This document shows, piece after piece, positions 35,642-48,644 of a stretch of DNA of 63,063 nucleotides. Position numbers and translations under genes: made by a program. The first letter of the stretch is position 1; every line of letters begins with the position of its first letter. The DNA comes from Dicyema japonicum (Eukaryota; Animalia; Dicyemida), in NCBI GenBank assembly GCA_011109175.1, contig RDEW01000008.1, positions 1,295,600 to 1,358,662 on the forward strand. The letters are read 5' to 3'. The notes below the pieces were generated by a model. That model worked only from the letters and a program-made list of their open reading frames with translations. It did not search any database and had not been told where the DNA came from.

Positions 35642-36788
35642 AACTGAGATTATTCTACTTATTAACAGTCTGTGCATTCTTACAAATTAGCACGTGTTCT
35701 CTTTCAAAATAATATTAAGTGTTAGTTTTTGAATTAAACTTTTTTTATTAACATTACGTTAATGACCTAGAGTAACCAAACTAACTAACTCCTTGATCCT
35801 GACTCGTCTCCAGGTAATAATTGGATCCTCTTAAAGCCGGCCAGACATTGGAAGTCTCCTCAGAAAGGTGGATCCATTGACGCCATCGAAAGGAAATAAT
35901 TATGACCAATAGCACACATGGGGATATTTTTCAGATATTTAATGCGAGCTAGGTTGAGGAAGTGTATTTGGTTAAAAAGATGTGATCCCCGCGATAAACT
36001 GTGGTTGAGGGCTCGAAATGGCGGTGATCAAAGGAAGGCCTTCGCAATCCTGGCCTTTAACTAAAAGACTTTAGTTGTTTCGAGTATTCTCCAGCTCATA
36101 TCTCTCTTACTAAATTATTAAGATTGTCAATATAATTCTAGGGTCATTTTTACTAAAGAGCTGCTATAATATATTTATTTTTGTTTACACATCAATCCGG
36201 TTTTTTATTATGACAGTCTTTATGACACTCAGAAGTTTGAATTTGATAGAAAAAAGAACTATAGCAATCACAGTTCTCATAATAAAAATCTAGAAAACAA
36301 TTATATTTTAGTTTGATGCTGTCGTACTGATCATTACCGTTGTAATTCTGGTATACGTGATACATACCTTACTGTTCGTCTGCTGAGAATGTTGAATCTG
36401 TCTTTTAGATTCTCTAGCTATTCAACACGGTTTTGACTGTATCCGTGGCCGTTTTTTACTTTCGCAAGGTTAACTCAATTAGTAAATTATAGCAATCACT
36501 GCTAAAAAATAATTTCTATTATATTCGTTGAAAGGTTTGTCATCATCTGGGTTCTGTACAGAACCAAATACACTTGACGGATCTATGGGAGCATCAATTC
36601 ATTGCTATGACGTTCTTGTTAGCCACAGGTCTCTTTCAGTCCAAAGATAACAAATCATGGTAAATAAATAAACCAAGACATAACAAATCATGGTAGCTGA
36701 TGTGAGACAGTGGACATTGCCCAGTCGATGAACTTATTCAAGAGCTGTAAATACCAAAAAATAATTTGAACAACAAAAAACTATTTTT

Positions 36789-37470
36789 TTAAATTAATAA
36801 TATTTTGACGGAGCTCTCCAATCTATCTTCCTTTATTTCTTTGTACTCTGCAATTTCCTCTGTAATAAAAACTCACATCAAAACCAATTAAATTCAGATT
36901 CACCGTCTGATTAATCTCCAGCATTTTAGAGAGGCTATTTATGCACCCAAAAATAACCTCAAAGTTAAGATTCGACACCTTATCATATATCTTGTGTTTA
37001 GTCATTGACATCAGCAAAATCAATTCACGAGTTTGCTGATTTATAGACTCTTCACATGCTTCTAACCTTTGTATTACCTCCTGATGTTCTTCTTGTATGT
37101 CAGGACGCTTAGACTATGAGTAAAATTAGTCACCAGGTAGTAAAGTAGACGTATTTCAAGTCACTTCCAGTATCCTCCGCTACCTCAAGACAATAAGAGT
37201 CGATTTCATCAAATCTACCAAATCAAACAGAATGTTAACAAATCTGCATATTTTACTGAATTTAGCGTCTGCTTGCTCGAAATCTGAGTTGGAGAATTAT
37301 TCGTTATCTAAAATAGACAAAGCTAACAAACCATGCATGTTTTCGTTTTATCCCCATACTCAAAATGTGAATTCAGACCGTAGGGTTCCGAAAATGTGAC
37401 TATTTTCTGATATATACATTTATTTTATTAACCCCGAACAAATCACGAGAAAGATAATAAAGGTATCGTC
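36789..37470 (-). CDS. Unidentified spliced gene with a coiled-coil-like C-terminus (gene or young pseudogene)
   Basis: Candidate GT-AG introns of 26, 24, 25, ~37 and 25 nt join open frames including SKRPDIQEEHQEVIQRLEACEESINQQTRELILLMSMTKHK and EEIAEYKEIKEDRLESSVK. The 5' end abuts a LINE fragment and no start codon was found. Confidence 0.4.
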
Positions 37471-37473
37471 TAG

Positions 37474-38100
37474 TTAAGTGATATCAGTCCTTTTCCTGCG
37501 GTTAGTTTTGGAGTCCTGGATTAATCTCCACAGCCGGGAATGTTTCTTTTCATATCTCGGGCAGGCGTCCATATATAGTCTGATGTGCGGTACGAGTGGA
37601 TGGTCAGGGGACTTTGCTATCTTAAGAAAGTCCCGGTGACGTTCCGTAAAGTATTCCATGAATGGAGGACGTTTAGTGTTCTCCGCAGTAACGAGGTGGA
37701 CGTCTTTTTCGACGATCTCAATAGAATTCTGAGACATCGATTTTGTAAAACCTCCAGCTTGTCTGTGCCGATATTGATAAAAGGGCAATCCATGCAGCAC
37801 AGGTGTACTCAATACTAGGTAGAACAAATTGTTTGTATATAAGCTCTAACGATTGGCGGGAAATACTGGAGATGAGTGAAAGCCTTGAGCATTCCAATTT
37901 TCTTTTGTATCCTCGCGGTACTAGGTCCACTTGATAGGTAAATGTGAGTAGGGGATCCAGGAAGACTCTACGGATTGAAAGAGTCTTCTTAATGGAAAGC
38001 GGGGAGTCATACAATGTTATTCGTGGTGTTGCCCGTAATTCTTTTCGTGCTGAGGTAAACGTCATTACATGTGACTTTGATATATACATTCAAACTCCAC
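37474..38100 (-). mobile_element. LINE ORF2 C-terminal fragment
   Basis: ISKSHVMTF...FLDPLLTFTYQVD...LELIYKQFVLPSIEYTCAAW. Related fragments at ~38330-38760, 42050-42240, 47712-47987, 57370-57700 and 59637-59830. Confidence 0.65.
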
Positions 38101-39029
38101 AAAATTCACATAGCAAGATTTTCTTCTTTACTGAAAATATCAATCCCTTAACAATTTTCCTGTATTTTAAAACTCAAATGTTTACAGTTTAATTTCTCAA
38201 CCAAAACTGAAAAACCTTGCCTGATGAACCCGGCCATTTATTCAAAATTAATTTATTTTTTAATTAAATTATATTTAATTATAACTCTATTTGATAATCG
38301 TACCCACAGCGAATATGAATAAAGCAATCGGAATCATAAGTTAGTGTTTGTTCGTCTGTTCCTCCTCTCTCTTCCTATTAGAGTGGCGTCATGTGATCCA
38401 CCTGTCTAGGTGGCGCCCATTGCCAGGCCAGCACGAAAAGGATCATTTGCTCTCCCCCACTCCACTGGAGAAGTTTCCACAACTGCAATTATGGACGTAT
38501 TTTATCCTTGATGTTGATTCCGGATGGACTCTATATACCGCCAGACAATTGGGCCGTCCGTGGAAAGTCGCGTTATCAGAGGCCACTATCCAAAAACTAA
38601 ACTTACTGTAAAGGAAAACAATACGTATGCTGGGACCACAATGTGGAACAAAAATACCTCCCCTGCTGACAGGAATCTACAACTCGTAGATTTTGTTACG
38701 GATTTCTCCGCATTTGCGAGGAGGATGGACACCCACTAAGCCTCTCACTGTTCCACGCAAAAGAAAATCAGTTGGCTAAGAAATTTCCGTTCCCAAGGCG
38801 CTAGGAGCGAAATTCTATTATGTCATCTCTATTATCAATGTCTATGCTCCGACAGCTGCCCATGTTAACACCGACACTAAGAGCTCAGCGCATTTTATTC
38901 ATACTTGACAGGGACATAAGACAAGTTTCATTTCTGACGTTTATTAAAGGAGATTGAAATGCTAGAGTTGGTAATGAGGAGATTTGTATTGGATCGCATT
39001 CTCGGATCCCGTCGAAATTTCTCTGGTGT

Positions 39030-40330
39030 ATCATTAGTTTAATTCTGTTAATCCTACAAACTTATTACGAATAATGCTTTTGATCGTCCAACAAGACTAC
39101 TTGGTTGGTTCAAGAAGGGACAAAAATAGGAACCTAATTAAAATATACCACCAAGTCGACTATATCTTATAATTTCTTGAAGTAATCTTTAATAAAATCT
39201 TGAATCACATGGAAAGTGTCCCTGGTGGTTGGTCTTAAATGGGAGTTATCCATATGATACCAAAACTGTAATACCTGAAATCGTCTAAGGAATTATGGCC
39301 TTAGAGAATCTGTGAAACTCTTTGGTTTTATCTCTGAAAACCAAACGGGAACAATGTGTCAATAGGCGAAGAAACACTAGTCAATATAGAACTATTCAAA
39401 GCAAATAATTATACTCTGCTACCTGGATTGACGTAAAGAAGGCGTTCAACTAGGTAGATCACGACTTTTTAATTCAAATTTTGAAGGAATACCTGGAGGA
39501 TCTTGAAATTGGTTGAATCCCTGATTATTAAGGGGAGAATCAAACTCAGAATGAGTATATTCGTGACGTTCACATATAACAAAAGTATTCGGCAAGGAGA
39601 TAGTTTATCAATTATTATAAGTATCCAAAGGATCCTTGAGATTAGAAGATGTTGATGACTTGAAGCTTAATTCGAGCAATGAAGATGCTAGTGTTGGGAT
39701 GATTAAAGATGCAAATTGTTATTTCGCTGTTGTTGGGTGGAGAAAATTTGGAAAAGTCGGTAACGAATGCTATTTTGTTTTCAAAAATGCTGGGTGGAAT
39801 AGATGGATACAAAAACTTGAGTTTATTCGAAGGAATGGACAAATTCAAAAAATACTGAATTTGATATTGGTGGAAGTAATTCAGAGGATTGAGAACTTGG
39901 GCAAACTAAATTATATGCAGTAAATATATGAGGTCTGTAAATGAACATGCACTCTCTTGACTGAATTTTGACCATCAATTTGGGAATTACTTCTTTGACA
40001 AATTCAAGGCCCATTAAAGCATAGCATAAATATATCATATTTGCTAAGCTAGAAATAATTCGCTAGTAGAAAGTCAGGATATTTCTTATTGTTATAACTT
40101 TGGATGGTTTAGCATCTCCATTCGTTAAGAAGTACTTTGAAATACTACAAATACATTACAATATGGAGAGTACCTGAGTATAAGACCTCTGGATTAATTC
40201 ATCTGCGTGAGGAGTAGAAGGAGATTTTATTTATTGTCGAGCTAAAAATGAAACCGCCATTAAAATTCCTATGTTTCGTTGTTGAGTTATTTCAAAACAA
40301 ATGCATTTCTAGTTAATAGAATTTTCTAGC
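39030..40330 (+). mobile_element. Old, decayed relative of the R4/Dong-like element
   Basis: Broken motifs ENQTGT, ATWIDVKKAFN*VDH, IRQGDSLS and DVDDLKL, in the same order as in 21395-23440. Confidence 0.65.
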
Positions 40331-41209
40331 AAAAATCGCCCTAAAATCTTTTTTAGGCAAGTCTTCAGTCCTTTTTCTGTTACTTCAAAAAACAGTGGAA
40401 ATGCTACCATTTGGATGACAATTATGGGAGGCAGTTTATTACCACGTTGGAAGAGAAGTAATTCCTTTAAAGTAATCATTCTGAAAAGTGGATGAATTTA
40501 AGTGCTCAAATAAACCGGGAATAACGATCATCTATCCATATTAGAATATCACTTCCATATTTCGTTGTGAAACATTGAATTAATTCACACCATTCCTATT
40601 TACTTAAGAAAATCAAAAATTTATGTGAAAAAAACAAATAAATGGAAATTATAACTTAATGAACTGAAAAAAGTCAAAAAACAAAAATAAAGCAGTTTAA
40701 CACAATTTAAGCATAATTCATCGAGACAAAACTTTTTGATCATCCTCATTAAGGCCCTCGTCGACTCACTTTCGATAAGATATCTTGATTCAAGCTATCT
40801 TCGACATTTTTTGAAGTGACAACTTAGACAGATTCGTTTACAAAAAGTTTTCTAGTTGAAATTCAAGGAGATAGAAAATAAAATTTCTTTCGTCCAAGAT
40901 CTCAACTACCTGCCTCATTCGGGAATGACTTCCATCGCTAAGGTTCACAAGACTGTCAGAAGTCGTGCGAAAAGAATGTAATTCAATGATAGTGACTTAT
41001 ATCTGAAAACTAGTCCATACAGCGGAGTCTGTAACCGTGTATGTTAAGAATGGAAACAGACTCCGAGTTGTTAAGTTGATCTTAAGTTCGAATACTGAAG
41101 CCTCTAACACACGTGGGTTACACAATTGGGTAATTATAATCGCATAAAAATTCTTTTAAAATGAAATTAGCATTTTAACGTACATTTGAGCATCTCTTAT
41201 GCATGAGCC

Positions 41210-41560
41210 ACATGGGATCCATTCAATTCCTGGACAAATTCTTTGAAGACTGAAGAAGGACGGGCTACTTGTCGCAGGATGCTGGAATGCAAATATAGGT
41301 GTCCAAAAAATGAGATGAGGCCTTTATCAGTCTATATGGAAGAGGAATCAGAAACTTCCTTGAGTTGCATTGGTCAATTGTGTCAAGTATTTATTCCCTT
41401 TTATGAAACATGTGCTTTCATCACCTCACTCATCACAAAAATACGTGGATTGGAATTGTAATTCAGAGTTTCTTAGCTCCTGTACTAATTGATTACAATA
41501 CTCACATATACAGTAAGACTCCTCCTAACCGCCAATTTTGGGAATTCGAAAAATACAGAC
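41210..41560 (+). mobile_element. RTE-like APE endonuclease remnant
   Basis: LVAGCWNANIG (GDWNAKIG-like), FHHLTHHKNTWIG, LIDY. Confidence 0.55.
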
Positions 41561-41699
41561 GGTTAAGAGGAGTTGGCGGTTATAAGGAATAATAAATAAA
41601 AATTTATTTTTTGATAAACCAATTATCAAGTGTGTTGTTAACCTATACTTGAGGACACACGCCATTTGTCTCTAAAAGTAGTTTGCTTCATTCAATAAA

Positions 41700-41860
41700 A
41701 AAATTTTTTTTTTTCCGTAAATCGTAAACCCGTCAAATTTCTTAGATCTTTTTATCACTATATGATGGATGCAAATCAATCTGTCTACTGATTTCAATTT
41801 TTTCTTCAAGTGAATGTATTATACATTTTCTTGGCATATTTGAAGGGGTAGAACAATTAA
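41700..41860 (-). mobile_element. Possible pogo/Tigger N-terminal remnant
   Basis: MPRKCIIHSLEEKIEISRQID resembles the 'KRK..LSL.EK..II' start of CENP-B-type transposases. Confidence 0.35.
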
Positions 41861-42884
41861 ATCATAAATTATCACAAAGAAGTGAAATTATTTCTTTAAT
41901 TTAAAAAAATTTTAAATAAATTTATATTATAACTTTTTAAAATAAATTTTTATGAACTATTTTTTAACTCACACGTGAAGAAAGTCCTTACTAAAGGCCT
42001 GCAGAAGTTGAATGTTGTACGAGGATTCCTTTGAAATTAGATGTTTCTGTTGCTACATTCTACTGGCAAAATTTTTCCCTGGCTATGGAGTATGCCTCTG
42101 TTGCATAGAGATTCGCGTTATCAGAGACTACGTTCCACAGAATCAATTCAATATACCGGAAAACTATATTTATGATTGACTCTCATTCTGGATCAATGGT
42201 TAATCCCCTACTAACGGAAGCTTCTTTCTCGGTGATTTCGGGGTTCTAAATAAATAAACTATTTTTAAAAAGTTGGCAGTTAAGAAAACTGGCGGTTAGT
42301 ATGAGTTCGGCATATGATTAGAAATCTTCGTAGAAAAGAGGAATTTGGAGGTAAACCAAGACGATGTTGGGATCAGCAAGATTCTTAGTGTCTTAAAGAA
42401 ATGATTCAATGTCTGAATTCCTTTCTTCTTTATTTCAATGGACGGGATTCACAATGGTGGACATTGATACTTATGAATATGCGTCCCATTTTACAGGTAT
42501 GTTATTAAAATATTGGTGGATAACATTTAATAGTTGTTAATTTTTGAATATTATGTGGTTGTCCTACATTATACGAAAACTTCATGTTTGATCAAATACA
42601 AAGGTCCCTGGAAAGTTTGTTTAACTTTTTTTGGAAATAATAATTTTTCTGAATGGTTGTTGCCCCTAACGATAAGTTCCATTAATATTGAGGTAACGTT
42701 CGAGAATTTATAACTATTGATCCTCTTGTCACATCTCAAGGGAGACAGTCACAGTTCCTCCGTTTAAACCTGATGATATTTAATCCATGAGCGTGTAGTA
42801 ATACTCCATTTTACGAAAAGCCATACTAACTATAGCTCCTCCCAGGCAGACTACACATATAACTAATCGTAGAGGGAGATCCAA

Positions 42885-43065
42885 GGAATGCTCTTCACTT
42901 CTATTTTCTTTTTGTTGTGTGTGAGTTGTTTTGTAGACGATCTGTTCCGCAGTGAGATGTTCACTGGTGACGACGTCACTCGTCAAGCCGAAACATCGTA
43001 GATGTTTGGAACCAAAAAATGTACAGCAGCGGGATTCGAACTATGGGCCATGGGCCACCCGGTCA
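42885..43065 (-). mobile_element. tRNA-derived SINE copy (short head)
   Basis: Reverse complement: CCGGGTGGCC...AGTTCGAATCCCGCTGCTG...GGTTCCAAACATCTACGATGTTTCGGCTTGACGAGTGACGTCGTCACCAGTGAACATCTCACTGCGGAAC. Confidence 0.85.
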
Positions 43066-43322
43066 TTAACGTGTAAATGCTTTTTTATTTCCAAAACTTC
43101 TGATAGAAAACTAAACAATTAATGAATATGAGTTTGTGTATTCTAACAAATTGAATTGTGAAGGCAAAATTCTTGCTAAAAATTAAAAATAACATTATTA
43201 TTGAACAACAGAACTGTGTAGCAAGACTAAAAATGCAAGTTAAGACTTTTAGTCAGACCATTATTAATTTTGAGTTTTTTAATTAATAAGCAATTATGTT
43301 TCATGTTGATCTACCTACAACA

Positions 43323-43392
43323 GCTTTGGTAGCTCAGTTTGTTAGAGCGTCGTGCTAATAATGCGAAGTTGTGGTCGAACTCCCTCGGAGCA
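43323..43392 (+). pseudogene. tRNA-Ile(AAT) pseudogene
   Basis: GCTTTGG..TCGGAGC acceptor with three G-U pairs, D-arm AGCTCAGTTTGTTAGAGC, anticodon loop CT-AAT-AA. The T-arm is shortened and unpaired (GTGGTCGAACTCCC); 70 nt in total. Confidence 0.75.
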
Positions 43393-45199
43393 ATTAAATT
43401 TTGTAGTTGATAACTTTTCAGCCAGACATCCCAGTGCTTTAATATGAGAAAGTGACTTGTTTCTTAAAATTTAGCTGTCTCCACGCACGGAGCGTGAACA
43501 GGCCTAGGGACCTTTTTTAATACCATTTTTTAGACTTCTTAATCTGTTCGTTAACAGATAATGTGTTTACCGGGGTCTTAATAGTGTTTGTAGCAGAAAG
43601 CGAGTTGACGTCACATACAAGTGGCTTCTCTTCTTCGAACGGAAAAATTCCGACATGTTGCAGCGTGGAAGGATCCTCTAGATGATTACGGTCGTTTAGT
43701 GATTATGCCTCGGGAATCTTCCCGCACTTCTTCGGCAAGATAGATCATGATATTTGATCGATCCAAGTCTTAGGTTTGCATCGACTAGCCAACTTCTGAT
43801 AGTTTTTGTAGGCAGTATTTTAATTCGTGCAGTTTGACATTGAATTATTTGGCAAATGCAAATTATATGTCTAAAAAGCATCTGACAGTGGTCTTCTAAA
43901 CATTTGTTCCTACCATTTTCGAGTCACAAGCATACGAGGAGCTGATTTTGATCTGACGACCAGCCATGCAACAGGGAACTCTTTTTCTCGCAAAGCGATA
44001 ATTGCTTTTGACGGTCAGTGCGATGCTCTTTATATAGTGAACAGAAGGGCATGCTTTTCAGAATAACCTTCGAGGACTTCATAATGACAATCCCACTATT
44101 GACGCATCTAAGTTCATGCAGATACATCGCAGTAACACCCATATACACGTCCAGCAAATAGCATTTATGAGTAAACTCTAAAGGAGTGATCCAATGGAAT
44201 GAGAAGGGTCAAATGATGCCGTTGTCCTTCCACACACAAAAGAAGCCTTCTTCTTACAATGGCTAATGGTTGTTGTTATGGCAATAATTACGATGATTAA
44301 TGCTCGTCATTTTGTGAGGGTGAGACGTGTCTCTTTTCCTCGTATGTCTTCTTCACGTTCATTAACAAGCTCTACACTATCCCTTGGAAGCTTTACACCA
44401 GAGGATTGAAACGTAACTTTAAAAATACCAACTTGCATGAGATCTGTCCAGTCATGGGATAAATATCTGTTGTCTACAAGAAACGAAAATTGCTGCACAC
44501 TGACTGCAAGGTATAATGATTACTACATGAATCTGGTCAGTTTCTGCACGAGTAACTGTTATGCATATCAGATGGAGGAAAAGAGCGAATTTTGTGATCT
44601 CTACAATGAATGCATATGGCCCAACAAGAGTTAGAGTTTCATTTAACCCCGAAGAGTTTCTACTCAACTGTAACTGAAGAGTACATTTCTATTTCTTCAT
44701 TTAATGTTCATTGCTGGTGATTGAAATGTCAGAGCTGGAAAACAAGACCTGATGAGTTCTGCATATGATCTCACGGCAGAAATCGCGAAATATACCTGAC
44801 GAATCACTTTTCAATTCTGATCGTCGGAGGACTGTTATTGATCGCAAACTCGTTGTTGCCCGTCTGGTGCTACGTATGTTGTACGGAACTGGAAAACATG
44901 AAAGAATTGACTCAGAAAAATATGACACAGATATTTCCCGCCACAATGACGGCAAGAAAATGGAATGAAGCGGAACACTAGAAAATACACTTGACCGGAA
45001 AGATCGGAACGATACGATAGAAAAGATTTGGACGTAGACCTCTGCTGTAATCCAAGGCACTACATCCATGGTTTTTGGACAAATTCCAATGCATCGTCAT
45101 AAAATTAGTAACTAAGAGATCTCTGTTCTAGCAGAACAAAAAAGTATTGAGACTGAAAATAAAGAATGCTAAGACAGATGAGAAAGCAAAAGAATCACG

Positions 45200-45370
45200 A
45201 ATATTGAAAGGAAGAACTCTTACAAAAATTTACTTTTCAGAGACAATCGAAGCAATTAAGAAGTTTAATCCGGACGATCCGCTGGACCAGACAACATCTC
45301 CGCAGCACTACTGAAGTTTGGTCCAATGAAGTTAGCTGAAACAATCACACATATAATCAATACTCCATTT
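45200..45370 (+). mobile_element. RTE-like RT N-terminal fragment
   Basis: FSETIEAIKKF...SAGPDNISAALLKFGPMKLAETITHIIN. Confidence 0.6.
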
Positions 45371-45559
45371 GTGGAAGACAACTTGCTTGATATTGGTGAA
45401 GGGTGGTTGATTCCGTCGTACATTGGACGTCTCACTTCCTGCACATCTGTCTTTACTCACGGCCTGCGAACCTTTGGTCCGGAGGATTCTACACTCCCTA
45501 CCAGAATTCTCAATTGACCAAGAGATAATCCACGCACGAGAAGCCTGGAATCCCACAAA

Positions 45560-46080
45560 CCTCGCCTTGCCTCTTCAAAAGACTGCCAGCAAAACCTGGA
45601 CAATTTATTATGCTGGAAAAAGGCTCTGAATGAGATTGTCAAACGGGCTATGGATGCTGCTGGATACTCGGCTATTTTTGAACCGATCGGGTTATGCAGA
45701 AGTAACAGAAAACAACCGGACGGGATGACCATATTTCCCTTTGAGGCCGGGAAAACCACTTGTTGAGACGTGACATGTACAGATACGTATGCCCTGAACA
45801 ATCTTCACAAGTGCGCTTCAAGGGGCTGCTCTGCAGCCGTCAAGGCGGCGAAGGCCAAACTTGAAAATACGTCGACCTTCCTGATGATGTCAAAATTGTT
45901 CCCTTGCTATGGAGACTTCCGGATCCTACCCCCCTTCTACACTCAAGTTTTTCGGACGTTTTAAAAAATCGGATCACCTCATGCACTTGAGATCTCCGTG
46001 AACCCTGTAGCTATTTGAGAGAATTTCGCTCGCAATTCTGAAAGAGAACAGCCACGCAGTGAGGGCGGCAACTAACTAAC
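45560..46080 (+). mobile_element. CRE-like element, RLE domain to 3' end
   Basis: LNEIVKRAMDAAGYSAIFEPIGLCRSNRKQPDGMTIFPFEAGK...DVTCTDTYA...METSG. Confidence 0.75.
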
Positions 46081-46714
46081 TTATGTTTTGACCAATAAAA
46101 TTTAGTCATAAAAAAAGCTGTACGAAATAAAAGACAAGGTGAATGGAGCTACACCATAGTGGATCCAAAGTACGTCATCTGTTCAACTTTCCAGCTAGCT
46201 AGTCAGTCGATAACCAATAAAATTGGTTTTCTATTAAAAAGATAATTAGTCCAAATTAATAGCCAAAAAATTATGTTTCAGCAGCTTCTCAGTATAAATC
46301 GGGAGTGCTGGTATTATGGGAGTCTACTGATTCACTATACAACTTCCCTTCCTCGTTCTTACTAGAGTATAACCTTTCAGGAAATCGCAGCTGCTAAGGC
46401 CTAGAACTGTTGAGCTTTCAGTTGAGATGGAGTTTGATGATTGTTCTCCTAACCGATTAAAAAAACTACCATAGTAATGCTAAAAAATACCACATTAAAG
46501 GTATTATATAAAACTAACTTTTTGTTTTTATAAATTGTCACGTTTTGTAAACTTTGATGATTAATTTAAGCGAAGATCCTCGAATAGGGAAATAGTTAAT
46601 ATGCTATGTCACTAATAATAATGACACGGCCATTAGTTGATCCCCATCTCAATCAGTAGTCTCCTTACTTTGGTTCAGTTTATCTATTCATTTAATAACT
46701 CAATACCATGGTGA

Positions 46715-47460
46715 ACCAAACTAATTATCACGTGATCCCGATGCGTTTCAACAGCGATCTCATCTCTGACCAGTGTTCCTCCCACGTGGCCGTGCATGAT
46801 CTTACATAATTGCTTTTACTGGTGCGCATTCTAGAGACTAGTTTCATAAAAGCGTCAGTCCGTTTCGGTGATCTCAACAAATCCAGTGCTCCGTAATTCT
46901 GAAAGCCCTCTTTTAGATTTCTTCAATCTTCCTCATATTTGTCCAAGATACAGCCATAAGGGATGCTTCGCATTAGATCCCCGACATGATGATCTCATCG
47001 AAAGAAGACTGTCTTGATAGGTTTGGCGTAGCATTGCTCTAGGAAAGAAAGCAGGGGAAGAACGTAAATATTAACAAGGGATAGTCTTCTTTTCGTTCTC
47101 CCGAGCGATTATTTCTATAGCCTCAGCATCCCCAACATGCTTCCACACCTCTGAGGAGATTTGTATGGATTTCAGGTACTTTTTGAATAGAGTGACCAGA
47201 TTCCACTTATTCTATCTTTACAGTCTATCCTGATAGCCTTGTATCCGGAAATGAAGAGTTGGGTCATTTAAAGTGAATTTGGTGTGTATAATCATAACCA
47301 TGTTGATCTTCTGACTTGTCAGGAGTTAGCCGAGGTCCCTGGTTTTTCCTTCATTTTCATTGATGTTCAACTGAAGAACAGTAAAGTGATTTTCTCTTCT
47401 GTGGACTCAGGAAATACATCGTCTGGGGACGAGAATGTCAAAATATGAAAAGATCTAAAG
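46715..47460 (-). mobile_element. Internally deleted APE-type LINE (endonuclease joined to the 3' end)
   Basis: VLQLNINE...LSLVNIYV...GDLNAKHPLW-like motif, followed directly by sequence matching 6280-6560 including the GGGATCACGTGAT UTR. Confidence 0.6.
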
Positions 47461-48450
47461 GTCATTTTTCTGTGGAGATTATATGCTCCCTGGGCGTTTC
47501 CAGATCCCTTTGAATCGATAGACCACATAAAGCTGAGCTAATAGTTAATACAGAATTTATGTAGAAACCCTGGATCTTTGAGAAAGAATACCAATTTCCG
47601 CAATTAATCGATCTAATGTAGTGGTCTCCCATTGTTCCACTTCTCTCATCCCTTCAGAGGAATCCGATTAGAAAAAGGAACTTTGCCTTGGAAAAAACAG
47701 GCGAAATGGATCTACATCCTCCTCACAGAGCCGGAGAAATCTATATTACGGTTTGTTTCTCTCGTTAGTAGGGGATTGACTTTTGATCCAATATGAGGAA
47801 CCATCATATGAATTGTTTTCCGGTACATCGAGTTGAGTCTGTGTAGCGTAGTATCCGATAACGTGAATATCCACGCAACAAAGGCGTACTCCACAGTGAT
47901 CGTTTGCCGGTAGAGTGTTGCAACAGAAGCATTCAAATTCAAAAGAGTCCATTGGACAAGCGCATGCATAACGTTCAGCTTCTGCAAGCTTTTAGTGAGA
48001 ATTTTTTACGTGGGAGCTGAAATTCAACAGACGGTTAAACGTTAATCCAAGAATTGAAGCAAGATACTTTGTTACTGGTATCTAGAAAGCTCAATGAAAA
48101 TTCTTGGATCTTCATTGTATCAACGATCAGAGATGAACGCGTGCATATTGATTTTTTCGGCAGAAATCGTAAGTCAAATGCCAAAGAGGGGAAACATAAG
48201 GTTAAATCGGGAGATATGATTTATCAGCGCTCCTTAATAAAATTCTTGTATGTAATTTAGGGTCATTCAGGATAATCATGTCAATAAGACTATTTGAGAT
48301 TAACTCGGCTTGACTGTCAGAAGACTGTGAAGCATGCCAGGTGGCGGGCATTTGGGTCGCCGTATATTATAAACTTATTCATTGTCGAGAGGCCTACTAG
48401 ATTGGGGGTGTAGGATGTTGGACAGTATCTTTTTGGAGGAATGAATTAAT

Positions 48451-48644
48451 NNNNNNNNNNNNNNNNNNNNNNNNNNNNNNNNNNNNNNNNNNNNNNNNNN
48501 NNNNNNNNNNNNNNNNNNNNNNNNNNNNNNNNNNNNNNNNNNNNNNNNNNNNNNNNNNNNNNNNNNNNNNNNNNNNNNNNNNNNNNNNNNNNNNNNNNNN
48601 NNNNNNNNNNNNNNNNNNNNNNNNNNNNNNNNNNNNNNNNNNNN
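48451..48644. other. Assembly gap (194 N)
   Basis: Run of N. Confidence 1.
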
